Below, in pieces: positions 35,054 through 44,443 of a stretch of DNA of 52,541 bases. The notes beneath the pieces were generated by a model. That model saw nothing but the letters and a program-made list of their open reading frames with translations, made no database searches and was not told where the DNA came from. Within the stretch, counting starts at the first letter, position 1. The number at the start of each line of letters is the position of its first letter. Origin of the DNA: Candidatus Blautia pullistercoris (GTDB lineage: Bacteria; Bacillota; Clostridia; Lachnospirales; Lachnospiraceae); contig DXFG01000023.1 in NCBI GenBank assembly GCA_019114545.1, positions 1 through 52,541 on the forward strand, in the 5' to 3' direction. The translations under genes were made by a program, and so were the position numbers.

Positions 35054-35998
35054 ATGAAAAAGTTGTTATACTATCTGCCCTTTACCTGTTTTCTTCTTTT
35101 TCTACTTCTTTTTCCAAAAAACGCAGCAGAATACGCCAAAACCGGTCTTATGCTCTGGTTCAATACCCTTCTGCCTTCCATGCTTCCTTTCATGATCCTC
35201 TCAGGACTTCTTATAAAAACCGGGTTTCTGGAAAAGCTCCTGTCTTTTACCGGTCGATTCTGGAAGTCGGTCTTCGGACTTACTCCCATGGGAGGCTACG
35301 GTCTTCTCATGGGAATTTTCTGCGGCTATCCCATGGGCGCCAAAACCGCAGCAGATCTGTATAGAAATCACCGTATTTCCCGGCAGGAAGCCTGTTATCT
35401 TCTGACCTTTTCCAATCACCCCGGTCCTGCTTTTCTTTCCTCCTATCTGTGTGCAGAACTTCTCCACCGGGTAGAACTGGCTCTGCCTGCCTATGGGATT
35501 CTTTATCTGTCCAGTTTTCTGACCTCTTTGCTCTTTCGGCCCCTCTATTGTTTTTCAAAAGAATCTGACAGGCAGTTAAAAAGAAAAGAGGCATCCTCTG
35601 TCTTCTCCTGGGGAGAAGCCCTGGACACCTCTATTATGGACAGTTTTCTCTCGATCACCAAACTGGGAGGATATATCATCCTCTTTTCCCTTTTTCAGGG
35701 AATCCTGAGCCTTCTGCCTCATCTCTCTCCGGATCTGAAATGCCTTCTCCTGGGGATTACGGAAATCACCACAGGAACAGCCGCTATCGCACAGCGAAAC
35801 TGGGAACTTTCTCTTACCTTTCCTCTGCTATTGGCCTTTACTGCTTTTGGCGGACTGTGCATTGCCTTCCAGACAAAATCCATGCTTGGTGAAACAGACC
35901 TTTCCCTGGCTCCTTACCTGAAAGGAAAGCTCTGCACTTTCTTTGTCACACTGACTCTCGGGATCTTATTCGTCAAAATCGTCAAAGTCATCATCTAA
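35054..35998 (+). CDS. ylbJ: Sporulation integral membrane protein, YlbJ-like
   Basis: LWFNTLLPSMLPF, GYPMGAK, GGYIILFS, EITTG, FGGLCI..Q; located next to coaD as in other Firmicutes. Confidence 0.82.
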   Translation: MKKLLYYLPFTCFLLFLLLFPKNAAEYAKTGLMLWFNTLLPSMLPFMILSGLLIKTGFLEKLLSFTGRFWKSVFGLTPMGGYGLLMGIFCGYPMGAKTAADLYRNHRISRQEACYLLTFSNHPGPAFLSSYLCAELLHRVELALPAYGILYLSSFLTSLLFRPLYCFSKESDRQLKRKEASSVFSWGEALDTSIMDSFLSITKLGGYIILFSLFQGILSLLPHLSPDLKCLLLGITEITTGTAAIAQRNWELSLTFPLLLAFTAFGGLCIAFQTKSMLGETDLSLAPYLKGKLCTFFVTLTLGILFVKIVKVII

Positions 35999-36655
35999 AT
36001 CGTCGTACTCATCATCGTATTCGTCATCCTCGTACTCCGTCTGGTCCTCTTCCTTGTAGTCCTCCCTGGCAGGTTCCTGAACAGGAGCAGCTGTCTGGGG
36101 AGCAGGAGCACCCTGAAGCTGAGGTGCCAGTTCGGCACGGTTCTGACGGATCACATCCAGAGAAGCCTGAAGAGCCTGGACAAATTCATTGTATTTGCCA
36201 GCAGCATTCTCCAGCATACTGGAAGCGATCTGTCCCATATTTCCCATAAGCTCATCTGTATAGGATACTGCGCTTAAACGGAGTGCATTGGCATCGTTGG
36301 TAGCAGCGTCAATGATCGCCTGAGCCTGCTGGTTGGCACTGTTTATCGTCTCATTTGCCTGGGCATATGCCTGCTGCATAACCTCTGATTCTTTTACCAT
36401 CTGCTGAACCTGCTTCTTGGTGTCCTCGATGATATTGTCAGCTTTAGACTGGGCATCTGCCAGGATCGCATCCTTATTGCTGATGATCTTCTGATAACGC
36501 TTGATCTCGTCAGGAGTTTTCAGGCGCAGTTCTCTCAAAAGCTCTTCGATTTCTTCTTTATTCACAATAATCTTAGTGGTTGATAAGGGCTGATATTTAC
36601 AGCTCTCCACATATTCTTCGATTTCCTCAATGATTTGTTCAATTCTGCTGCTCAT
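35966..36655 (-). CDS. Coiled-coil protein (DivIVA / ATPase-subunit-H-like) with acidic tail
   Basis: Heptad Ala/Gln/Glu-rich helix, D/E-rich C-terminus, downstream of coaD. Confidence 0.75.
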   Translation of the reverse strand: MSSRIEQIIEEIEEYVESCKYQPLSTTKIIVNKEEIEELLRELRLKTPDEIKRYQKIISNKDAILADAQSKADNIIEDTKKQVQQMVKESEVMQQAYAQANETINSANQQAQAIIDAATNDANALRLSAVSYTDELMGNMGQIASSMLENAAGKYNEFVQALQASLDVIRQNRAELAPQLQGAPAPQTAAPVQEPAREDYKEEDQTEYEDDEYDDEYDDLDDDFDDFDE

Positions 36656-36714
36656 TTCTCATTTCTCCTTACTGTATTTTCTTCCTGACCGCAAAAGGAT
36701 CCTTCTGTCTCCTC

Positions 36715-37206
36715 TCATCTGGCAGGGCTCTGCCGGTATTTCTCTTCCACTTTGTGCATCACATATTCCGGTACAAACTTGGAAATGTCCGCTCCGAAAT
36801 AGGCGGCTTCCTTTACTGTGGTAGAACTGAGATACGCATATTCCAGACTGGTGGTCAGAAACATGGTATCCACATCCCGGGCCAGCACCCTGTTGGTCTG
36901 AGCCATCTGAAGTTCATACTCAAAATCTGTAATGGCACGCAGTCCCCGGATAATCACCTTTGCGTTACAGCTTCTTGCAAAATTTACGGATAACCCGCTA
37001 AAAGATGTAACCGCCACATTGGGGACATCTTTTGTTATATTCTCTAATATATTAACACGTTCCTCCACAGAAAACAACGGACTTTTTGCAGAATTATTCA
37101 AAACTCCCACGATCACCTCATCAAAAAGAGCCGCTGCTCTGCGGATGATGTCTAAATGCCCATACGTAGCCGGGTCAAAACTGCCCGGATAGATTGCTCT
37201 CGCCAT
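36715..37206 (-). CDS. coaD: Phosphopantetheine adenylyltransferase
   Basis: [32 protein letters not shown]. Confidence 0.97.
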   Translation of the reverse strand: MARAIYPGSFDPATYGHLDIIRRAAALFDEVIVGVLNNSAKSPLFSVEERVNILENITKDVPNVAVTSFSGLSVNFARSCNAKVIIRGLRAITDFEYELQMAQTNRVLARDVDTMFLTTSLEYAYLSSTTVKEAAYFGADISKFVPEYVMHKVEEKYRQSPAR

Positions 37207-37210
37207 ATTC

Positions 37211-37762
37211 TTATGCCTTTCTGACAAACACATGCATATTTGTCTTGTATCTTTTTTCCCTCACAGAAAGAAAACCATAACTTCCCAGATAGGAAAAATC
37301 TGTATCCAGAGAAGCCTCCACAATGATCATCGTATCTTTGCTCACATAGGAAGCATCCTTTAAAACGGCCAGCACCTGCTCTTCCAGTCCCTGCCGATAA
37401 GGCGGATCCATAAAAATACAGTCAAAAGGTTCCTCTCCTTCTAAAAGGCGAAGGGCAGTCAGTGCCTCCCGGTTATAAATTCTGGCCCTGTCTGCCAGTC
37501 TGGTAAATTTCAGATTTTCTTCTATAATCTTTACTGCTTTTCTGTTTTTCTCAACAAAGGCGCAAAAATCAGCCCCCCTGCTCAAAGCTTCGATCCCGAT
37601 TCCTCCGCTTCCGGAAAAAATATCCAGGAAACGGCACCCGCACATATAAGGCTGGAGCATATTAAAAAGGGTCTCCTTAATCCTGTCAGTTGTGGGTCTT
37701 GTTTCCATACCCGGGATTGTTTTCAGGGGCATACTTTTTGCGCTGCCTGCAATCACTCTCAT
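37211..37762 (-). CDS. rsmD: 16S rRNA m2G966 methyltransferase
   Basis: [39 protein letters not shown]. Confidence 0.96.
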   Translation of the reverse strand: MRVIAGSAKSMPLKTIPGMETRPTTDRIKETLFNMLQPYMCGCRFLDIFSGSGGIGIEALSRGADFCAFVEKNRKAVKIIEENLKFTRLADRARIYNREALTALRLLEGEEPFDCIFMDPPYRQGLEEQVLAVLKDASYVSKDTMIIVEASLDTDFSYLGSYGFLSVREKRYKTNMHVFVRKA

Positions 37763-37777
37763 ATATTTTTGTCCTTT

Positions 37778-38182
37778 TTACCGGGAATTCAGACGGTAGT
37801 CCAGGTCTCCATGTTCCAGACCCAGAATCAAAGATTCCGCTGTTGCAATGTTGGTTGCAATGGGAATGTTGTACTGGTCACAGCATCTGGAGATTTGATA
37901 CACATCCGGCTCTTTTGGATCGATCATAGCCGGATTGTAGAAAAAGATGACCATGTCGATATCTCCCCGTTCGATCATTTCCGTAAACTGTTTATCTCCG
38001 CCCATGCTTCCGGGAAGAAATTTATGGACATGAAGATTGGTAGCCTCCTCGATCCTTCTCCCTGTAGTTCCTGTGGCATATATTTCATGCTTTGAAAGTA
38101 TATTTTTGTAAGCAATACAAAAATCCTCGATCAAAGCCTTTTTACTGTTATGTGCTATAATACCTATGTTCATCTGCATCAT
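37778..38182 (-). CDS. mgsA: Methylglyoxal synthase-like protein (divergent active site)
   Basis: IAH, ATGTTG, GGD.Q, EPD, NIPIATNIATA. Confidence 0.85.
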   Translation of the reverse strand: MMQMNIGIIAHNSKKALIEDFCIAYKNILSKHEIYATGTTGRRIEEATNLHVHKFLPGSMGGDKQFTEMIERGDIDMVIFFYNPAMIDPKEPDVYQISRCCDQYNIPIATNIATAESLILGLEHGDLDYRLNSR

Positions 38183-38461
38183 CCTTATTATTTTTTGTCA
38201 AAATTCATTATAGCAAAAACGCTAACTTTTTTCAATTATCATTTATAATTTTATACACTTTTTACAAATTCGTGAAGAACACTCACAAAATGCTCTGTAT
38301 GAAAATTCTGAATCCCCTTTTCCTTTCCCTGTGTCTGGTTTTTTATTGTAATATAATTCTCAGAATTTGTCAAAACATGAAAGAACTTCTAGTGTATTTT
38401 TTCACGAAATTCATATAATACCAATGTAACAAAAAAACAACTTTCAAAGGAGGAACTAAAA

Positions 38462-38689
38462 ATGTCTAACAGTAATTCTTCTAACAAAGCTGCAGTGCCA
38501 GAGGCCAAAAGCGCATTAAACCGTTTTAAATATGAGGTAGCCAACGAACTGGGAGTACCCCTTACAGACGGCTATAACGGAAATCTGACCTCCAAGCAGA
38601 ACGGTTCTGTAGGCGGCTATATGGTGAAGAAAATGATCGAGGCTCAGGAAAGACAGATGTCCAGCGGCGGAAGCATGCAGCAGTACTAA
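38462..38689 (+). CDS. alpha/beta-type small acid-soluble spore protein
   Basis: KYEVANELGV, LTSKQNGSVGGYMVKKMI; SD AAGGAGG. Confidence 0.95.
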   Translation: MSNSNSSNKAAVPEAKSALNRFKYEVANELGVPLTDGYNGNLTSKQNGSVGGYMVKKMIEAQERQMSSGGSMQQY

Positions 38690-38775
38690 GCTCAGAACAA
38701 GCTGCATAGAGTCTTTGCTTGAAATCATCTGTCATTAAACTTGTTTTGTAAAATACAAACACACAGATTTATGGC

Positions 38776-38827
38776 AAAAAATCAGGGCAGAAGGTATTCG
38801 GATCGAATATCTTCTGCCCTGTAATTT
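38776..38827. terminator. Terminator between the convergent SASP and H1-like genes
   Basis: 18-bp stem CAGGGCAGAAGGTATTCG / CGAATATCTTCTGCCCTG, A6 on the left. Confidence 0.85.
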
Positions 38828-38831
38828 ACCT

Positions 38832-38911
38832 GTAACTATCCAGCCATAGGCCTTCGGATAAAGGAAAACCGGCATTAACTGCAAATCTGCGCTGTATGGC
38901 TGAATAGTTCC
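38832..38911. repeat. 80-bp element bounded by long inverted repeats (REP/MITE-like)
   Basis: GTAACTATCCAGCCATA ... TATGGCTGAATAGTTCC (15 of 17 complementary). Confidence 0.55.
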
Positions 38912-38947
38912 GTATACAACATTTATATTGGAATTATAAAACTCTAC

Positions 38948-39361
38948 TTATAACTCTACTTTTCTTCCTTCTTCTACATACTCGCCATTTACTACATAGT
39001 AAGCAGCATGCTCTTCAGGTTTTACGTAAATCTGGATATCCTTGATATCGCTTTCTTTTTTACCAGTCTCCGCCATCCATGCTTTTTTCACGCTGGCTCT
39101 TACATCATCTAAACTATACTCTGCACCTGCGAACTGAACGAATACAGATTCTTTTACCTCTGTCTTCTCTACAGCCTTTTTAGCAGCAGTAGTTTTCTTA
39201 ACGGTAGTTGTCTCTTTCTTTACTGGTGTTGCTTTTTTTGCTGGTGCTTTTTTGGCAGCAGCAGTTTCTGTTTTAGATTCTTCTGTCTTCACCGGAGTTG
39301 TCTTCACGGCAGCTTTTGTTGTTGTCTCAGCTGTCTTTGCTGTTGTCTTGCTTACTGACAT
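38948..39361 (-). CDS. Lys/Ala/Thr-rich (histone H1-like) N-terminus plus small globular domain (DUF6465-like)
   Basis: AAAKKAPAKKATPVKK repeats; C-terminal IYVKPEEHAAYYVVN. ATG 39361 follows GAGGAG. Confidence 0.8.
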   Translation of the reverse strand: MSVSKTTAKTAETTTKAAVKTTPVKTEESKTETAAAKKAPAKKATPVKKETTTVKKTTAAKKAVEKTEVKESVFVQFAGAEYSLDDVRASVKKAWMAETGKKESDIKDIQIYVKPEEHAAYYVVNGEYVEEGRKVEL

Positions 39362-39495
39362 AAAATTCTCCTCCTTTATACTTCCAACTCTAAATGTCCC
39401 GTTTATCATATACCTTTTCTTTTTAATTTTCAAGTTTTTCCCGGAAGTTTGTGTTTTTTTACAGAAACATAACAATACAGCAACACAGCCTTCGC

Positions 39496-41553
39496 TTATA
39501 ATCCGGGAGATTCCATTTTATCCTTTGCATAAGCCAGGAGCCGGTCCTTCAGCCGTTGGTTCTGTTCCAGTTCCAGGTTTGGATCCAGCAGCAGGACCGC
39601 CCCTGCTGCCTCGCTGGCTTTTTTCAAAATATCTGCATCCTGGAAGATATCTCCCAGACGGAATTCCAGCATGCCGCTCTGGCGGATCCCCAACAGATCA
39701 CCCGGTCCCCGAAGCCGCAGATCCTCCCCTGCGATATAAAATCCGTCGTTGGACTTTACCAGGATCTCCAGTCTTTTTCTGGTCTCATCATCATCGCCCC
39801 CATAGACAAAAATACAATAGGACTGGTGAACACCTCTTCCCACCCTTCCTCTCAGCTGGTGAAGCTGGGCCAGGCCGAAACGTTCTGCATTTTCTACCAT
39901 CATCACCGTAGCATTTGGCACATTGACCCCCACCTCAATAACCGTAGTAGATACCAGCACCTGTATCTCATTTTTTGCATAAGCCTCCATGATCGCATTT
40001 TTCTCGGCAGCCTTCATACGGCCATGAAGATACGCCACCTTGATTTCGGGAGACAGAGTCTGGGAAAGCATCCGGCTGTAGTCCAGCACATTCTCCGCCT
40101 CCAGCCCTTCGCTTTCTTCCACCATAGGACAGATCACATAGACCTGGCGGCCCTGAAGGACCTGATTTTCAATAAACTTATAGGCTTTCGGCCGGTAAGA
40201 GGTATCCACCACACAATTTTTTATAGGAAGCCGTTTGGCCGGAAGCTCGTCCATAACAGAAATATCCAGATCACCATAAAGAATAATCCCCAGAGTTCTG
40301 GGAATAGGGGTAGCGCTCATAACCAGCACATGGGGTCCCCCTCCCTTTCTGGACAGATCTTCTCTCTGGTTCACGCCAAACCGGTGCTGTTCATCGGTGA
40401 TCACAAGGGCCAGATCCTGGTAAAGAACTTTTTCCTGGATCAGGGCATGGGTGCCGATAATCAGTTTTGCCTCTCCCTCCTGGATCTGCCTGTAGATTTC
40501 TTTTTTCTCTTTTCCCTTGGCAGATCCGGTAAGGAGTACTGCCTGATAAGAAAGTCCCTGCTCTTTGAGAAGCTGGCACATTCCCTCATAGTGCTGTTTG
40601 GCCAGTACCTCTGTAGGCGCCATAAGAGCCGCCTGGCACCCATTGGCTGCCGCCAGGATCATAGCCAGAAAAGCAATGATCGTCTTTCCGCTTCCCACAT
40701 CTCCCTGGACCAGACGGGACATCAGATGTTCCCCTGTCATATTGGTCTCGATATCGTTCCAAACCCGTTTTTGGGCATTGGTCAGGGCATAGGGAAGATT
40801 CTCTATAATCTTTTCCGTCTCCCATACCGGCTTCAGATGAAAGGTATTTTCTCTATTCTGGTTTTTCTCTTTCATCATACGGACAGAAAGAATAAAGAGA
40901 AAAAACTCATCGAAAACCAGACGTTTTCTTCCCAGTATCATATCCTTTCGATTATTCGGAAAATGGATATGAGTCAGGGCATAATTATATTCTGCCAACT
41001 GATAATGGATCCGGTATTCTTCCGGCAGATACTCCTGGGTCATTTCCCGCTCTTCCAGTATCTCCTTCATAGTCTTTGCCATAAACTTGTTAGTAAGTCC
41101 TTTGGTCAGGCTGTAAATAGGATAAAGGATATGAAGTCTCTCTTCATACTGTTCCCGGGTAAATATCTCCGGATGTTCCATGGTCCGTCGTCCTCTTTTC
41201 TCCATTACAATGCCTCGAAAAATATACAGTCCTCCCGGACGCAGGGTGTTTCTCAGGAAAGGCATATTGTACCAGGTAAACCAGAGAATCTGTTCTCCTT
41301 GTCTGGCACTGGCAGTGATCACTGTAAGTTTTCCTGTGTTCTTTACGCCCACTTTTCCCGAAAGCCTTACGAAAACCGCAGCCTTCTTTCCGGGAAGCGC
41401 CTGGGAAATCTCCACAGGTTCCTGATATTCATCATAGTCTCTGGGATAATACCGGAGAAAATCTCCCACTGTAAAGATCCCCAGCTTTCCCAGAAGTTTC
41501 TCGGTCTTTTCCCCAATGCCTTTAATAGTCCGTATGCTGTCCTGTTCTCTCAT
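39496..41553 (-). CDS. recG: ATP-dependent DNA helicase RecG
   Basis: QGDVGSGKT, DEQHRFGV, MSATPIPRT, QLHQLRGRVGRG, RGPGD. Confidence 0.97.
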   Translation of the reverse strand: MREQDSIRTIKGIGEKTEKLLGKLGIFTVGDFLRYYPRDYDEYQEPVEISQALPGKKAAVFVRLSGKVGVKNTGKLTVITASARQGEQILWFTWYNMPFLRNTLRPGGLYIFRGIVMEKRGRRTMEHPEIFTREQYEERLHILYPIYSLTKGLTNKFMAKTMKEILEEREMTQEYLPEEYRIHYQLAEYNYALTHIHFPNNRKDMILGRKRLVFDEFFLFILSVRMMKEKNQNRENTFHLKPVWETEKIIENLPYALTNAQKRVWNDIETNMTGEHLMSRLVQGDVGSGKTIIAFLAMILAAANGCQAALMAPTEVLAKQHYEGMCQLLKEQGLSYQAVLLTGSAKGKEKKEIYRQIQEGEAKLIIGTHALIQEKVLYQDLALVITDEQHRFGVNQREDLSRKGGGPHVLVMSATPIPRTLGIILYGDLDISVMDELPAKRLPIKNCVVDTSYRPKAYKFIENQVLQGRQVYVICPMVEESEGLEAENVLDYSRMLSQTLSPEIKVAYLHGRMKAAEKNAIMEAYAKNEIQVLVSTTVIEVGVNVPNATVMMVENAERFGLAQLHQLRGRVGRGVHQSYCIFVYGGDDDETRKRLEILVKSNDGFYIAGEDLRLRGPGDLLGIRQSGMLEFRLGDIFQDADILKKASEAAGAVLLLDPNLELEQNQRLKDRLLAYAKDKMESPGL

Positions 41554-41613
41554 TCTCTCACTCTCCCCTGCCCTTTTGTCTGCCTTTCCCGGCTGTTCCG
41601 GAAATGTAATGGT

Positions 41614-41670
41614 AAAAAGAGGCTGGAAAGATTCTATGGCATCCTGCCACAAAGTCCTTCCAGCACTCTT
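41614..41670 (-). terminator. Terminator/attenuator between fakA and recG
   Basis: AAGAG-GCTGGAA...TTCCAGC-A-CTCTT stem with inner TGGC/GCCA, and a T5 run on the minus strand. Confidence 0.6.
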
Positions 41671-41692
41671 AAATTCTATTCTTTTGATTCTT

Positions 41693-43354
41693 CTATTCTA
41701 CCGAGATCACGTAATAGTAGATAGGCTGTCCTCCATAATTGATCTCAATATCGTAGTCTGGATACAGTTCTTCCAGACGGGAGGAAACTTCCTCCGCATC
41801 TGCCTCTTCCACTTCAGCCCCATAGTAAATACTGATCAGCTCGCTGTCTTCGTCTGTCATCTTGCCGGCCATCTCCACAGCAACATCCTGGATATCCTGC
41901 CCTACGGCAAGAATTCCTTTGTCACCGATTCCCATGATATCTCCCTGATGGATCTCCTGGTCATCAATCCTGGTATCCCGCACTGCATAAGTCACCTGCC
42001 CGGTCTTCACATTTCCGATGGCCTCCATCATCTCTGCGGTATTTTCCTCTACGGTCTTTTCCGGCACATAAGAGATCATCGCTGAGATTCCCTGAGGAAT
42101 GGTCTTTGCAGGAATTACCACTATATTTTTATCTTCTGTCAGATCTCTGGCCTGATTGGCCGCCAGAATAATATTCTTATTATTGGGGAAGATGAAAATA
42201 TTCTTGGCATTTACCTGGGCAATAGCATCCAGCATATCCTCTGTGCTGGGATTCATAGTCTGTCCTCCCTGGATCAGATAGTCTGCACCCAGTTCCTTAA
42301 AGATCTCGCCCATGCCCTCTCCTGCAGATACAGAAATAAAACCTACTTCCTTCTCCGGCTTGGAAGTCTTCTGGGCAGCCTGCTGTGCCGCCATTTTTTC
42401 TGCTTCTTTGATCACCTTTTCGTGGTGCTCCAGCCGCATATTATCAATCTTCATATTGGAAAGCTGTCCATATGTCAGTGCCTTCTGAATAGCTTCTCCC
42501 GGATCATTGGTGTGTACATGCACCTTTACAATGTCATCATCTGCCACCACAACCAGAGAATCACCGATAGACATCAGGTAGTCCTTAAACCCTTCCTCGT
42601 CTTTCTCTGTGAATTCCTTTTCCAGCATAATGATAAATTCTGTGCAGTATCCGAATTTAATATTGCTCTCTTCTGCAGATACCGGTTTTGTCCCCGTAAC
42701 TTTTGCAGCAGGTTTTTCAAAGTTCAGATCAATCTCCTTGCCCAGATAGCCGTCGAAAGCACCTTTCAGCACTTCTACGAGGCCCTGTCCGCCGGAATCC
42801 ACTACGCCTGCTTCTTTCAGCACAGGCAGCATCTCCGGAGTCCTGGCAAGGACTTTCTCCGCCTCTGCGATCACATCTGTAAAAAAGGCCTCCAGGTTTT
42901 CGCTGTCCTCTGCGATCTCCGCCGCCTTATCGGATACTCCCTTGGCAACGGTAAGGATGGTTCCCTCTTTTGGCTTCATGACCGCCTTATAAGCAGTTTC
43001 CACTGCCCGCTCAAACGCCCTGGCAAAAATAGGAGCATCAATCTCCTCATACTTCTCAATAACCTTTGTAAATCCTCTTAAAAGCTGTGACAAGATAACT
43101 CCGGAGTTTCCTCTTGCGCCTCTTAATGATCCGGAAGATATAGCCTTTGCCAGACTCTTCATATCCGGTTCTGACAAAGCATTCACCTCAGAAGCCGCAG
43201 ACATAATGGTCAAAGTCATATTGGTTCCTGTATCACCATCAGGAACCGGAAAAACATTCAGCTCATTAATCCACTCTTTTTTTGCTTCCAGATTCTTGGC
43301 TCCTGAAAGAAACATCCGTCCAAGGATCTTTGCATCAACGGTATTGGTATTCAC
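41693..43354 (-). CDS. fakA: DAK2-domain fatty acid kinase subunit A (YloV)
   Basis: NVFPVPDGDTGTNM, GARGNSGVILSQ, YCTEF, KVHVHT, GGQTMNPS. Confidence 0.94.
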   Translation of the reverse strand: MNTNTVDAKILGRMFLSGAKNLEAKKEWINELNVFPVPDGDTGTNMTLTIMSAASEVNALSEPDMKSLAKAISSGSLRGARGNSGVILSQLLRGFTKVIEKYEEIDAPIFARAFERAVETAYKAVMKPKEGTILTVAKGVSDKAAEIAEDSENLEAFFTDVIAEAEKVLARTPEMLPVLKEAGVVDSGGQGLVEVLKGAFDGYLGKEIDLNFEKPAAKVTGTKPVSAEESNIKFGYCTEFIIMLEKEFTEKDEEGFKDYLMSIGDSLVVVADDDIVKVHVHTNDPGEAIQKALTYGQLSNMKIDNMRLEHHEKVIKEAEKMAAQQAAQKTSKPEKEVGFISVSAGEGMGEIFKELGADYLIQGGQTMNPSTEDMLDAIAQVNAKNIFIFPNNKNIILAANQARDLTEDKNIVVIPAKTIPQGISAMISYVPEKTVEENTAEMMEAIGNVKTGQVTYAVRDTRIDDQEIHQGDIMGIGDKGILAVGQDIQDVAVEMAGKMTDEDSELISIYYGAEVEEADAEEVSSRLEELYPDYDIEINYGGQPIYYYVISVE

Positions 43355-43371
43355 AACAAGTTTCCTCCTTA

Positions 43372-43728
43372 TTAATCAATTACTCTCACGCCTTCTACAA
43401 GGATGTTGATTTTCTCTATGGTAAGACCGGTAAATTCTTCTACCTTATATTTCACATTGCTTATCAGATTATCGGACACCGCAGAAATGCTCACCCCGTA
43501 AGCGACGATCACATGAAATTCCAAAGTGATCTTATTATCTGCTATGGTCACATTGATCCCGTGTTTCAGACTGTCCTTCTTCAGAAGTTTCACAAGCCCG
43601 TCCTTCATACTTACTGCGGCCATACCTACTATCCCAAAACATTCAACCGCTACGCTTCCCGCATAAGTGGCAATGACATCTGTATCAATCGTAATCTTTC
43701 CTAATCCTGTATCAACAAATCCATTCAT
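43372..43728 (-). CDS. Asp23/Gls24 family protein (YloU)
   Basis: ECFGIVGMA, HVIVAYGV, VKYKVE; between rpmB and fakA. Confidence 0.92.
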   Translation of the reverse strand: MNGFVDTGLGKITIDTDVIATYAGSVAVECFGIVGMAAVSMKDGLVKLLKKDSLKHGINVTIADNKITLEFHVIVAYGVSISAVSDNLISNVKYKVEEFTGLTIEKINILVEGVRVID

Positions 43729-43815
43729 GCCGGACACCTCCATAATTTTATATAAGCTATTCTAACATATCTTTTCCTAAAACGAAATAATAATTTATTT
43801 TTTTTAGAATTTTAC

Positions 43816-43844
43816 TTGCAAATTAATATCTAATCTGCTAAAAT
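43816..43844 (+). promoter_or_regulatory. sigmaA promoter of rpmB
   Basis: TTGCAA-17-TAAAAT with extended TG. Confidence 0.7.
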
Positions 43845-43900
43845 AGCTATTGTTGTGAGTTTGTTTATACGGACTTAATATATATTAGGGAGGTGCTACC

Positions 43901-44089
43901 ATGGCAAGATGTGCTATTTGTGACAAAGGCGCTCATTTCGGAAACAATGTCAGCCATTCTCATAGAAGAACAAACAAAATGTGGAAATCCAATATTAAAT
44001 CTGTAAAAGTGAAGACAGAAAACGGAAATGCAAAGAAAATGTATGTTTGTACTTCCTGCTTAAGAAGCGGCAAGGTAGAAAGAGCATAA
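43901..44089 (+). CDS. rpmB: 50S ribosomal protein L28 (two CxxC motifs, zinc-binding form)
   Basis: MARCAIC..GNNVSHSHRRT...N...CTSCLRSG. Confidence 0.97.
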   Translation: MARCAICDKGAHFGNNVSHSHRRTNKMWKSNIKSVKVKTENGNAKKMYVCTSCLRSGKVERA

Positions 44090-44105
44090 GAATGAAGAGA
44101 ATAAT

Positions 44106-44156
44106 AAAAAGAGATATTGCCTGATCTGGAAAATGATCTGGTGATATCTCTTTTTT
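44106..44156. terminator. Bidirectional terminator
   Basis: AAAAAGAGATATTGCC...GGTGATATCTCTTTTTT. Confidence 0.85.
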
Positions 44157-44239
44157 GTTGTATTTTCAGGCCGGGCCCGCAAATACCCTGCAGCTCAAAA
44201 TTCCTTTCTCTTGACTTTCTATAGAAACATCCGCTGTCT

Positions 44240-44377
44240 TCAGCAGCAAAATAAATTATAGCCTGCCAGGAGACACAGGGCGGCAGCCACCACCATTAAA
44301 AAGCTTTTCGGAAAAATCAGAGCGATAAAAAGCCCTGCTCCCACACAAAATAATGCAAGTCCCCACACTCTGCGCAT
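44240..44377 (-). CDS. 45-aa two-TM small membrane protein (below the ORF-track cutoff)
   Basis: SD AAGGAG; MRRVWGLALFCVGAGLFIALIFPKSFLMVVAAALCLLAGYNLFCC*. Confidence 0.75.
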   Translation of the reverse strand: MRRVWGLALFCVGAGLFIALIFPKSFLMVVAAALCLLAGYNLFCC

Positions 44378-44443
44378 GATCTGTTTCTCCTTTTTCTCTC
44401 ACTAACAGTATATGCACAGCTGCGGGGACCAATTATAACCTTT

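Noticed and set aside
38390-38420. sigmaG/sigmaF promoter for the SASP gene
   Set aside because: GTATT...CATATAATA is suggestive, but the spacing does not fit the consensus well enough to call.
39556-41724. 722-aa plus-strand ORF
   Set aside because: Antisense shadow of recG along its whole length; no SD or recognisable motif, and composition typical of reverse-frame read-through.
43901-44089. Zinc-ribbon L28 as a novelty
   Set aside because: The CxxC-containing form is common in Clostridia; ordinary.
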